Assembly (NCBI GenBank): GCA_964252035.1
Contig: OZ176206.1
DNA: 64,000 bases
From: Podarcis erhardii
Taxonomy: Eukaryota
Strand: one strand, 5' to 3'
Shown here: positions 25,172 through 36,962 of the stretch, one piece after another
How positions within the stretch are numbered: the stretch's first letter is position 1
Layout: each line of letters starts with the position of its first letter
Notes under the pieces: model-generated
Database searches by the model: none
What the model was told of the DNA's origin: nothing
The model's input: the letters and a program-made list of their open reading frames with translations, nothing else
Position numbers and translations under genes: made by a program

Positions 25172-26158
25172 GACAGTTTCTGAGTTAGATAAGTGGTCTT
25201 ATGTAGCCTACCATGCTGCTTTCAGCTCTGGCCAGGACTGAATAGTTTTCTCAGTGTGAGGTGGGCCTCCATAGGGTGATGCAGGCAGTTGCCATGGAAG
25301 ATACGCTATTCCCTAATGAGCTGCCACTCTGCATCTCCAATGCATTTCCCAGTTTCATATGGCTAACTGTTGAGTTGATTGCTTGTGTTAGAGGTCAGCA
25401 GGGTGACTTATTTTTCTCTCTCTTCTAAACCCATTTGCTGGAGAGATTAGTTGTGGGTACATCAACGCCAGTGAAGTCCCTTGTTCATGGCAAGGAGTGA
25501 CTGATGCTCCTCTTCAGTCTAAGGCGGTGTGCACATTAGTGGCTTAAAAAGCAGAAACACCATCCCACCCCCACCCACGTTTCAAGTTGTTGTTTTACAC
25601 CGTTGCTTGCACCAGAAGGGTGGAGAGGGTTTCTTCACCTGAAGCCGATTATCTGTTTTGTCTCCCTGCAATTGCAAACACACTCTCTGAACTCTTATTC
25701 AATGAAGCTGCCACCTGCGCATGTGCAACAGTGGTCCAAACAGTACACACCTCAGCTGAACTGCGGCTTTCATTTTCAAATTGGATGGAAGATGGTTTGA
25801 GGGGAAACACCTCAAAAAAGGAGTATTTCTCTATAAGCTACAGGATACAGATAAATTGTGACTAACACTGTGCATTCTTGGCTTCAAATATCAGCAGTAG
25901 GAGCATGCTGGAGCAAGAGCAAATGGTAATGTGTACATAACCTTAACCCATCTTACACTTGAAAAAGCTTTAACAGGGTTGTTTTCCTGACTTGGTGAAG
26001 TCCACTATGAGGAAGCCTGAGAAGACACACTATTAAGAAAGACTATAGTAGTGCAGAAAGTGAGACCCTGAAGTTGCTTACTAAATAAATAAGCATTTAC
26101 AAAATCTATGTCCTGACCATCTTAGCTGGTGACTTTCAGAAATCCTACTTCCATTTCA

Positions 26159-26161
<3 letters not shown>

Positions 26162-26231
<70 letters not shown>
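26162..26231. repeat. Compound (TC)n(AC)n microsatellite
   Basis: Visible dinucleotide runs. Confidence 0.96.
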
Positions 26232-26234
<3 letters not shown>

Positions 26235-26376
26235 TTTGTATTATTTCAAAGGGTTACAAAGATCAATAGTATCTGGAGAAGGGAGGGGGTGATATGCCAA
26301 ACGTTTGGCAGCTCATTAACTCCGAAGAGTAAAATACTAGATAGAAAACTCTACAAAATCAGTATTTATTCAAATC

Positions 26377-26378
<2 letters not shown>

Positions 26379-26420
<42 letters not shown>
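26379..26420. repeat. (ATT)n microsatellite, probably a retroelement tail
   Basis: About 14 ATT units followed by GCTTTATACCC, resembling the reverse complement of an L2-type 3' end. Confidence 0.9.
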
Positions 26421-26422
<2 letters not shown>

Positions 26423-27011
26423 GCTTTATACCCTGTATATTCAAAGGACATACAGATATTATGTGGCAGGCATATCAATACTAATACAATTAAAACAGTT
26501 GAAAACTACCTCATTAAAATAGTTTAAACAGCTTTTTAAAAAAGTTTAAAACTCCTAAAAGCAAACACCTGCTCTGAAACTATGCAGGATTTTCCTGGTT
26601 TAGGGATTTCCCTATTAGAAGAAACAAAAAGATGGGACTTGAAGGACCACATGTCTACAGGTGGGCCAGGTCATGCTATACCACTCAAGCAGGAACACAA
26701 GGCTCCTCCTCTAGTGATTGCCCTGGTCTGGAATAACTGTCACAGTTCTGGTTTGGAATTGCAAAGGGAACCATCACTGTCCAGAAGTCAGCCTTTGAGG
26801 GGAGACACTGGTGTGTATACCTGCTGCTTCCACAACTTCTCTCTCTCTCCGGGCATTACAATGTGTGACTGGCAACATTTATTTTTTTAAAAAGTATTAG
26901 ATTTTCTACAGAAAGGTTAATCTGGATTAAATGAGGAAAAAATATAACCTGGCATTTTGACATCATGTGGCCCTTGCAAAGAACTTACAAGAAGCATTGA
27001 TCACACAAATA

Positions 27012-27391
27012 GGTAAGGTAAAGATAAAGGTAAAGGACCCCTGGACGGTTAAGTCCAGTCAAAGGCGACTATGGGGTTGCGGCGCTCATCTCACTTTCAG
27101 ACCAAGGGAGCCGGCGTTAGTCCACAGACAGTTTTCCGGGTCATGTGGCCAGCAGGACTAAACAGCTATTGGTGCACAGAGGACCATGACGAGTGCCAGA
27201 GCACACGGAAACACCGTTACCTTCCTGCCACAGCGGTACCTATTTATCTACTTGCACTGGCGTGCTTTAGAACTGCTAGGTTGGTAGGAGCTGGGACAGA
27301 GCAACAGGAGCTCACTCTGTTGCAGGGATTCAAATCACTGACCTTCCAATCAGCAAGCCCAAGAGGTTCAGTGGTTTAGACCACAGCGCCA
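27012..27391 (-). mobile_element. Sauria SINE, second subfamily, 5' end short by ~9 nt
   Basis: (AAAGGT)n tail on the plus strand and head ...GACCACAGCGCCAC. Flanking CACAAATA at 27004-27011 and 27390-27397. Confidence 0.92.
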
Positions 27392-27856
27392 CAAATAAGC
27401 ACCCACCTGGAAGCATCCTTACTCTGGTGCCATCAAACATGCACACAAACTGCAATCTTTTTTAGTCGACAGGTGAAATGCATAGTCTTATACAGAAAAT
27501 CTTTCTGTGAGCCTCTAGATGTGTCCCCCAAGCTTGCCATTTGTCTTGTGTTCCTTTCAGTTCTCTAAAGTAGAAGTTTGTAGAGAACAGAAAAGCAGGT
27601 GTTCTCAAGGAAGGGAGACACTTGCAGGGGGAAAGCTCTTACTGCTCACCCCTTAGCAATGGTATTCAATTAATAACTCTTTAATCGGGTAAAGTATAAA
27701 GGGTGGAATAAGTATTTTCAAGATATAGAATCAATGCAATGAAGAATCACAGCTAAAAAGATCCCTGACAGATGGCCACCCAAACTTTCAAGATGGGGAC
27801 AACATTTGCCTGTTTCCAGTCCACAGGGACAGGGGCTGTGAGATTACATCTATATG

Positions 27857-28070
27857 TTACTTTAGTACCCTTGGAGGCAGTTCATCAGGCCCTGGAGATC
27901 TAAATTCATTTAAAGTACCTAGATGTTCCCTTACCACCTCTTTTCTTAACTTGGGGTGCAGCTGCTTCTCTGCATCATCTATGCTATTATCACGAAGTTG
28001 GACACTGTTTTTCTTTTGGGAGAAGACAAATGCAAAGTAGGTGTTGAGTAGTTCCACCTTCTCTCTGTCA
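27857..28070 (-). mobile_element. CR1 LINE ORF2 internal fragment
   Basis: ELLNTYFAFVFSQK...VVREHLGTLNEFRSPGPDELPPRVLK matches the CR1 linker preceding the RT domain. Confidence 0.85.
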
Positions 28071-28934
28071 CTTTGCCTGGCTTCTCTGTGCAGAGTTAAT
28101 ATGAGAATTAAACTGAACCAGATTAAATTTATGCAGGCTCTCAGAGACTGTAGATTAAAGGTGATGTCCTACTCCAAATTGACCCATTGAAATTCACAGG
28201 CATGCCTTAGGTTCATTCATTTCAGTGGGTCTACACTGAGTAGGGCTTAGTTGGCTACAGCAGGAAACTGCTTCTATTTTAACCTAAACCAGTTCTCAGC
28301 TCACCTGAGCTAAATTGAAAAATTGCCCAAAGTAAGAATAAAATATGTGTTTTAGGTACTCCAGGCAGCTGAGGCAGAGAGGAATGTGTCCAACTGAAGA
28401 ATGATACATTTCAACATGAATTAGAAGAGAGAAAAGCGTCAAACTCTATGAGTAGCAGAAGCATATAAGAGTGTTTGTTACTGAAGTAAAATTCATTGTG
28501 GACTCCAAGGAACTTGAACTTTTAGAACCAATTCCAATGTGGCAATTTGTGCCGTAGACATCCAGTAAGCAGAAACACATTGATAACCTGTATCAGAATG
28601 TACTGTCTAAGTAACTTATCAAAGGAAAGTCTTGTACTCATGAGATTATCCCTAGAAAAGCAATTCTTATGCGCAGATGATGTGTTTAGACTATGCCTTC
28701 CATAAACCATTGCATGACAGCAAACTGTTACCCTTGATGTTCTAGAATCGGGGGAGTTTTGAGATCTCACAGGCAGCCTACAGGAACATAGAAATTAGAG
28801 CATCAGGGCAGGACAACAAACAACAACAGTATGTTATCACTCTAGGTCAGTGTTGCAAAGAAAACAGTTGCGGCATGAAACCAGGAAGGAAACATTTGTG
28901 CTGTACTGTCAAGAGTTCCAGTGACAGATTAACA

Positions 28935-29475
28935 AAGCAAATGATGGTTGCTGATAGGAATGAGGCCCTGTCAGCATATAACAACTATGTTTAGAGATTT
29001 GCACTGGTGGCCAATTTGCTACTGGGTCAAGTTCAAGGTGTTACAGTTAGTATATAAAGTCCTTAACAACTTGGGACTAGTTTACCTACGATCACCTGAC
29101 TCCATATACCCCATAACTGGCATTGTTATAGACACAACATAATACCTGTTCCATATCTGTAAGAACACGATGGTTTAGTGTGGCAGTACCTGCACTTTGG
29201 AACTCCCTGCCTCTTGATATCAGGCAAGCACATTCACTATAATCTTTTTGGTGCCTGCTAAAAACATTTTTGTTCAGACAAGCCTTCCCCAGATGCTTAG
29301 AAAGATGATTAGAATTTTAATCTGTTTTTAGAATATTGTTATTTTATTTTTTTGAAAGTCTTACATTATTGTTAATACTTTCTTACTGATACTTTTATTT
29401 TTTAATCTTTTTTTGTAAACTGCTTTGGGGATTTTTTCCCCCTTAAAAAGCAAGCAAGCAGCATATGAATTTTAT
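28935..29475 (+). mobile_element. L2 LINE 3' fragment
   Basis: HITTMFRDLHWWPICYWVKFKVLQLVYKVLNNLG is the L2 LHWLP motif, followed by a TGGAACTCCCTGCC segment and a T-rich UTR. Confidence 0.82.
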
Positions 29476-30229
29476 GAAACAAATGCCCAATTGTTGTTTT
29501 GCAGCATGTACCAGACAATTCATTTAGGCTGGGTTGTGTGTGCAAACTTGGTGGATTATCTCTTTTTTTTATCCATTTCCTCCTCTTGAAACAGCAGCTT
29601 CCCTCATGCAACATTACAAACTCATTTTGAAGCTCCTGTGAGTTTCAAATGCGCCTTGAACCCAGTACAGGGGAAATACAAAGTTAGCCTCAATTCTATG
29701 GAATCTGGCCTCAGCTTAGTCAAGTAAAAAAGAAGGGCCTGCATTAAGGATGTATGTTACAAGCACACTTGTTAAAAAGCACTCAATTTCTCCCATGTCC
29801 ACACAATAGTTAGAGGCTTTTATCATACAGAACAGAGATACTTGAAGCCATAGATAGTAGTTGCTACTTATAGAATATACCTCTTATACTGCATATATGT
29901 GAGCTGACAGCAAATAACTTGATTTTAGAGTGCAATGCATAAGGCACTGGAGTGGGTGGAACTAGGGCTGCCAAATGATTAAATAAATTTTATTTGATTA
30001 ACCATCAATAACTTAGTTAAATTTTAATAAATGTACACATTGCTAACCTGTAAATATAGAGGTCTTCTTGGCTGTGTGCACACCATACATTTAAAAAACT
30101 TGAGTTCCCCCAAAAGAATCCAATGAACTGCAGATTGTTAAAGGTGCTAGGAACTGTAGCTCGTAAGGGGTAAACTATGGTCCCCATGATTCTTTGGGGG
30201 AAGCGTCTATATCCTACTTAAATCATTAG

Positions 30230-30830
30230 AATTTCTAAGCAGTGTGCATTTAAAAAAAACATACAGAGAATGAAATAATAAAAAGTCACTATAAAAGGGG
30301 ACACCACCTTAAAATGCCTACTACAGTAAGAAAATCTTTGTCATGCACTTGAAGTTCAGCAAGGAAGGTGCTTGTCTAATCTCAGTTTGAAGGGAGTTTT
30401 ACAGTCTTGGGCCCGGAATGTTGCTAGTAGCTGTGAGACATGTAACTGAGCCATAGGAGACCAACAGTGGAGACCTCCCCAAAGATCTGTGATCAGGTAG
30501 GAATGTAAAGGATCAGGCAGTTCTAAAGAGAGAATTGTAGAAGGACTGCAAGGGTCCTCTAGTCAAAGATATCCTGGACCCAAGTTGTTAAAGGCATTGC
30601 AAATTGATGCAAGAACCTTAAATGTGGCCCAGTAACATATGGCCTTGCAGACCCACCCACTTCTCAGTGTAGGACACTCAGAGCTAGAGCATCTTCAACA
30701 GATGACTTCTGCTTGAAGGCCTCCAGCAAAGAAGAGCCCTTTGTGACCTAGGATTTGATTCCATTGCTCTTGCCACCAAAATGTTTCTTGCAACATTCAA
30801 CCAAAATCTACTCTCATGTCCTTCTTTAAT
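30230..30830 (-). mobile_element. Degraded L2 3' end followed by degraded CR1 3' fragment
   Basis: 30340-30420 resembles the reverse complement of an L2 end. 30705-30830 (CTGCTTGAAGGCCTCCAG...ATTCAACCAAAATCT) resembles a CR1 3' end. Confidence 0.45.
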
Positions 30831-31764
30831 TGCAGCACCCAAGACTGTTCTTTAGTTAAACAGGTTTCAGTTGCACATCATGTCACAAGATAAACAAAAT
30901 ACGGAGCATCGGAGGTAGGAAGTAAGCACAGTGTACAAGCATATTGCAACAATTCTACAGCCTTTTATAATACAAAGGAAAGTAGCTTATAATAGGCTCC
31001 ATGATTAATTTGAGTAGGTATCATGGTTAAAGCATGTTTGCAAATATTTTCTTTCTTTTTAAAATTGCTGGTAAAAGTATGCTTTACAGAAGTTTTGCTA
31101 ACCGAAATCTGGAAACTCAAGCTGAACCTAGCCTCAAAATCACCAAGACTTACTTCCAAATGGACACATTTAGTTTCAGACTGCAAATATTTCCCCTTAG
31201 CTTTATAAAAAAGAAAAAGAAAAAAATGATAATGCTATTAATGTATACAGAGAATTTCATTATTAAGTAGACAGTCTGATACAACAATATGATAATTTCA
31301 ACCCAAATAAATTCAAGCTTTCACTTTTAAGTGGGTAAGTTTTATATATGACAGACATTATTCTCTGATTCTATGCCAATAAAGGAGACTGGCTGATAGA
31401 TAGATATTTTCTGATTCAAGAACCATGGTATTTAAAACTATTTAAACTTTTAAGAAAAATGAAATTTCAACATCATTTTTGGATGACAGGCCCTGTGATC
31501 CTCAACCTATATTTAAATGTTTCAATACTGGGACACATTACTTAAAAGCAAGCCCTACCATAATCAGTGGGGCTTACTTTCACATAATATGTTTAGAATG
31601 TACTGAGAGAACCTCTAATTCTCTGTCAATTTCTATTACTTAGAGAGAGAGAAAAGTCTACCATTCAAAATGTGTTATCAGAAAACAGCATAGATGTATG
31701 TGGTGCTGCCTTTGGGCCTGATTCCAGCTGGTGCAGAATGTGGAGGCTATACTGATGATGGGGC

Positions 31765-31960
31765 AGACAGGTACCAACATGGGAAACCATTGTTAAAACA
31801 TCTGCATTGGCTGCCCATCTACTTCCCAGCCAGGTGCCAGGTTCTATTATTAATTTACAAAGCCCTGAACAACTTAGTTCCAAGCTACCCTAGGGACTGC
31901 ATGAGCCCTTATATTCCCGCTCAATCATGGAGATCATCTGTAGGAGCATCGCTGGTTGTT
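31765..31960 (+). mobile_element. L2 LINE fragment
   Basis: LLKHLHWLPIYFPARCQVLLLIYKALNNL motif. Confidence 0.8.
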
Positions 31961-32809
31961 CTATAACTCACCTGACATTAAAATGGGAGTAGTGACAGCA
32001 GCAAAGGACTTCCAGCTTTATAGATTGTGTGAGCAAGATCGAATGTGCCTAGGCTGTAGAAGCTAACAGAAATTTCTAACCATCTATATTGGAACTAGGG
32101 TGAAGACACCCCTTCTTCAAATGCCCCAATATCTGACAATGGCAGAATTTTGCAGTCATTTCTAACCATTGATATCAATCAGCAGCTATTACAAATGGTC
32201 GTTGCTTCTGTCCTAACAATCCTGAATATATAAATCATGATTTATATATCGTCATATTCTGCGTATGCAGTGCTCCATAAAGGAAATAGAGATCCCTGCT
32301 TTAAGAAACAAAATCTAAATTTTGATGTTATTTTCTGTTCATGTTATTTGCTGGAAAAGAATGATTGACAGCTCATCAACAATTTAAACAAGTCTATGAT
32401 CCCACATGCAGGAACATATGTGCGCTGTTTTTCATAGCAGGACAGCAGTGCATGAGATTTCATGTATCAGGAGTGTACACTGGAGTGTCAAAACTTTCAC
32501 TTGGCTGCAGCATAACCTTATGATCACATTCCCCCTTTTGCTTTTCTTTGCAAATATCTGTGGAATGTTTGATGAGATAGGAGGGTTTGTTTTGTGCCTT
32601 GCTTGTTCATCACTGCGTAAGTGCACCGGCTAATCAGAGTTTGAATACTTCATCCTCCTTGGTGGAAATGTTGCCATTCATACAAGGAAATGAATTATTT
32701 CCCACCATCGCTAATCAAGCTGCCAAAAAGCTAACAATTTGTTGGAAACCAGCTAGCTAACTATCTCTGATTGTGGTGATCTGCCAAAAATGGAGACCTT
32801 GTGGAATAT

Positions 32810-33111
32810 TAAGAACATAAGAAGAGTCTGCTGGATCAGAACAATGGCCCATCTAGTCCAGCATCCTCTTCTCACAGTAGTTAACCAGATGCCTGTGGGA
32901 AACCTGCAAACAGGACCTGAGCACATGAGCACTATCCATTCCTGTGATTTCCAGCAATTGGAATTCGAAAGCATTGCTGCTTCTCACCATGAAGGCAGAA
33001 CAAAGCCATCATGGATAGCCCTCTCCATGGCTTTAAAAGAAGATTGCAGCCATCCAGGTCAGTGGCCATCACTACATCCTGTGGGAGCAAATTCCATAGT
33101 TTACTACGTGC
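32810..33111 (-). mobile_element. CR1 LINE 3' end (long-UTR type)
   Basis: Starts TAAGAACATAAGAAGAGTCTGCTGGATCAG...CATCTAGTCCAGCATCC, a CR1 terminal hairpin/tail. Same family as 55215-55690. Confidence 0.75.
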
Positions 33112-33122
33112 AATATCAACAC

Positions 33123-33479
33123 GGGGACGTGGGTGGCGCTGTGGGTTAAACCACAGAGCCTAGGACTTGCTGATCAGAAGGTTAGCGGTTCGAATCCCCA
33201 CGATGGGGTGAGCACCCGTTGCTCGGTCCCTGCTCCTGCCAACCTAGCAGTTTGAAAACACGTCAAAGTGCAAGTAGATAAGTAGGTACCACTCCGGCGG
33301 GAAGGTAAACGGCGTTTCCGTGTGCTGCTCTGGTTCACCAGAAGTGGCTTAGTCATGCTGGCCACATGACCCAGAAGCTGTATGCTGTCTCCCTCGGACA
33401 ATAAAGCGAGATGAGCGCCGGAACCCCAGTGTCGGCCACGACTGGACCTAATGGTCAGGGGTCCCTTTACCTTTACCTT
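33123..33479 (+). mobile_element. Sauria SINE, full length, 11-bp TSD
   Basis: Head GGGGACGTGGGTGGCGCTGTGG and (ACCTTT)n tail. AATATCAACAC at 33112-33122 and 33480-33490. Confidence 0.95.
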
Positions 33480-34139
33480 AATATCAACACACCATGGCCT
33501 CGATTTTCTACTACTCTTGCTGTATAATGGGTCCAACAGCTGACAAGTACAAATTAATGAGAGTTTAGAAGAGCCTAGCTTCCACTTTATGCCAAGGTTG
33601 TCCTGAATTTGTTTTAACACTGCGTTTAAGTGGAAACAAAACATCAGTACGGTCCTGGTAGATTATTAGCAACTGCAACTTTGCTAGATTGTTTCATTCT
33701 ATATCTGCAGAGCTACATTTCAGTATCAAAATAGATTGTGAGACTATTTCCAAAGAAGACTTCACTGCTTTTTGCAATGAGTTACTGCTCTTTATTGCAA
33801 CCTGGAAACCCATGCCTCCTAAAGGATCTATATAGCAGCAGCCTAAAGCTAGATAAATGTTACCCTCCATGATCGAAAACAAAGTTGGGTTCAGTAGAAG
33901 TTAACATTAACAATGCAGGAGCCTGAAGAAGAAATTAGAAACATGAGTCTGTGATAATGATGATATTATCACACTGGCAAAAAAAGAAAGGGAGGTTGTT
34001 GGTGGTGGAAGCACTCTCAAATGTCATAGAAAGAAAATGAAGAAAAACATCCTCACGCAAATGGTCTTTTCTTCTTTGTGATGAAAATCCTTGTGCATAT
34101 GCTCCTAACTAGAACCTTAAATTGAAAAGCAAGCATTTC

Positions 34140-34345
34140 TTTTAATGTAGTGATTAAGACAGAGCAGCGAAAGTCTCCCACTTCAAATCTTGGCATGAAC
34201 TTACTAGGCTCCTTAGCCAAGCCACTCTCGCTCTCAGCCATGGCCCCCTATCTGCAATGTGATGATAATGACCTATCTTACAGGGTTGCTCAGTCAGGAT
34301 TAAAGGAAGGTTTATATGTTTGGTTATTTTAAAGCACTTACATGC
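34140..34345 (+). mobile_element. Old MIR/CORE-type SINE
   Basis: CTCTCAGCC...CCTATCTGCAATGTGATGATAATGACCTATCTTACAGGGTTG resembles the MIR core. Confidence 0.5.
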
Positions 34346-34435
34346 CACCTTCTATTCAAGGTGGTTTAAAGTTAAACTATAAAAGAATTATAACTAACAT
34401 TAAAATAGCAGTGCAACACAACATCTACAGTAGCT

Positions 34436-34436
<1 letters not shown>

Positions 34437-34479
<43 letters not shown>

Positions 34480-34560
34480 ATAATAATAATATTTAGATCC
34501 CGCCCATCTGGCTGGGTTGCCAGCACTGTCTCAATACCCCAAAAAAAGCTTGGGCAAAAA
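34437..34560 (-). repeat. (CTA)n(TAA)n microsatellite attached to an L2-type 3' end
   Basis: About 14 CTA units, then TAA units and ATTTAGATCCCGCCCATCTGGCTGGGTTGCC. Confidence 0.75.
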
Positions 34561-34630
34561 AGCATGTTTTAGAGAGCACTCTGAACAGCAGCCTAAATGC
34601 ATATAGGGTTGTTGTTGTTGTTGTTTTAAA

Positions 34631-34984
34631 AAAGTAAAGATAAAGGACTCCTGGACAGTTAAGTCTAGTCAAAGGTGACTATGGGGTGCGGCGCTCATCT
34701 CACTTTCAGGCCAAGGGAGCCAGCATTTGTCCACAGACAGTTTTCCTGGTTATGTGGCCAGCATGACTAAACTGCTTTTGGTGCAACAGAACACCATAAT
34801 GGAAGCCAGAGTACACGGCAATGCCACTTACCTTCCCACCACAGCGGTCCCTGTTTATCTACTTGCACTGGTGTGCTTTCAAACTGCTAGATTGGCAGGA
34901 GCTCACCCCCATCATGTGGATTAGTACCACTGACCTTCCAATCAGCAAGCCCAAGAGGCTCAGTGGTTTAGACCACAGTGCCAC
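34631..34984 (-). mobile_element. Sauria SINE, second subfamily, small internal deletion
   Basis: Colinear with 27012-27391, ending GACCACAGTGCCAC. Confidence 0.9.
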
Positions 34985-35469
34985 AAACAGCATCTAATTG
35001 CTAAGCTTAATTCTTATTCTTTTGGATAACTGCATTTTTGCCACTTACATTCCACCAGGTTGCTAGGTCAAGTGACCAGGCTGAAAGGTGTTAAAATGTC
35101 GTGCTTTCTGAACACAATGCATTCTCAGGAAATTGTTTGTTAGGCAAGTGTTTGCATAATGAGTCACTGATTTCCATTGATTCCTATCAGAAAAATGTCT
35201 AATGTGTTCCCAAGCACAAAATTTTGACCAACAAATGAAAAAACCCAGGAAACCCCTCTGAATCCTTATAAAAGGAAAACAAGGAAGGGGGGGGAAAACA
35301 CCACGTTCTTATTTGTCCAATCTGTCTTTGCCCACCTAACATGGTTTCTGACGAAACGGCTGCCACTGACCAGCAAAACACCAAAATTAAAGCTTGTTTG
35401 GAGGCAATTATCTGTTTACAGCACTACACACAGGTCTAGCTGTTCAGATATTTGAATCTGCAGTGTGTA

Positions 35470-35695
35470 CAGTGGTACCTCAGGTTACAAAGGCTTCAGG
35501 TTACAGACTCCACTAGCCCAGAAATAGTACCTTAGGTTAAGAACTTTGCTTCAGGATGAGAACAGAAATTGAGCAGTGGCGGTGCAGCAGCAGTGGGAGA
35601 CCCCATTAGCTAAAGTGGTACCTCAGGTTAAGAACAGTTTCAGGTTAAGAATGGACCTCCAGAATGAATTAAGTTCTTAACCCGAGGTACCACTG
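35470..35695 (+). mobile_element. 226-bp Tigger/pogo-type MITE, copy 3
   Basis: TA-CAGTGGTACCTCAGGTTA...TAACCCGAGGTACCACTG-TA. Confidence 0.93.
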
Positions 35696-35940
35696 TACAG
35701 CAAAGTTTCTGTACTAATTCCTTGTGTTTGGACAAGTAATTTTTTCATATAATGAGTGTTTGTATAGCGGGACCTGCATGTACAGATAAAAACTTGAAAC
35801 AATTGGGTTCCAATCCACATTCATGAAATACACAAACAGCATGTTATTACCTCTCTACTTAGAAGCCCTGCTGAGTTAAATTGGGATTACTTCTGAGTAA
35901 GTGGATATAGGATTTGTAGCCTGAGTAGGCAAGACACTGT

Positions 35941-36061
35941 AGGTGGGGCCAGGAATGTCCCCTGCCTGAAATCCTGGGGGGTCACTGCCAGTTAGTGTAG
36001 ATAACACTGAGCTAGATGGCCCAGTGGCCTGACTCGGTATAAGGCAGCTCGCTGTGTTCCT
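35941..36061 (+). mobile_element. Squam2-like SINE 3' half
   Basis: CACTGCCAGTTAGTGTAGATAACACTGAGCTAGATGGCCCAGTGGCCTGACTCGGTATAAGGCAGC is homologous to the tail at 50760-50851. Confidence 0.65.
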
Positions 36062-36097
36062 TTGTTTTCTGTGTTTCTATGCTGTCTGATGCTCCAG

Positions 36098-36962
36098 AAA
36101 CACCCCAGAGGACAGGATCACACTTCAAAACGACCTTGACAGATTAGAGAACTGGGCCAAAACAAACAAGATGAATTTTAATAGGGAGAAATGTAAAGTA
36201 TTGCACTTGGGCAAAAAAAATGAGAGGCACAAATACAAGATGGGTGACACCTGGCTTGAGAGCAGTACATGTGAAAAGGATCTAGGAGTCTTGGTTGACC
36301 ACAAACTTGACATGAGCCAACAGTGTGACGCGGCAGCTAAAAAAGCCAATGCAATACTGGGCTGCATCAATAAGAGTATAGCATCTAGATCAAGGGAAGT
36401 AATAGTGCCACTGTATTCTGCTCTGGTCAGACCTCACCTGGAGTACTGTGTCCAGTTCTGGGCACCACAGTTCAAGAAGGACACTGACAAACTGGAACGT
36501 GTCCAGAGGAGGGCAACCAAAATGGTCAAAGGCCTGGAAACGATGCCTTATGAGGAACGGCTAAGGGAGCTGGGCATGCTTAGCCTGGAGAAGAGGAGGT
36601 TAAGGGGTGATATGATAGCCATGTTCAAATATATAAAAGGATGTCACATAGAGGAGGGAGAAAGGTTGTTTTCTGCTGCTCCAGAGAAGCGGACACGGAG
36701 CAATGGTTCCAAGCTACAAGAAAGAAGATTCCACCTAAACATTAGGAGGAACTTCCTGACAGTGAGAGTTGTTCGACAGTGGAATTTGCTGCCAAGGAGT
36801 GTGGTGGAGTCTCCTTCTTTGGAGGTCTTTAAGCAGAGGCTTGACAACCATATGTCAGGAGTGCTCTGATGGTGTTTCCTGCTTGGCAGGGGGTTGGACT
36901 CGATGGCCCTTGTGGTCTCTTCCAACTCTATGATTCTATGATTCTATGATTCTATGATTCTA
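36098..36962 (+). mobile_element. Young 5'-truncated CR1 LINE with uninterrupted ORF2 C-terminus
   Basis: [34 protein letters not shown]...[11 protein letters not shown]...RRLRGDMI...QWNLLP open to TGA at 36869, then a short UTR and (ATTCTATG)n tail. Confidence 0.97.
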
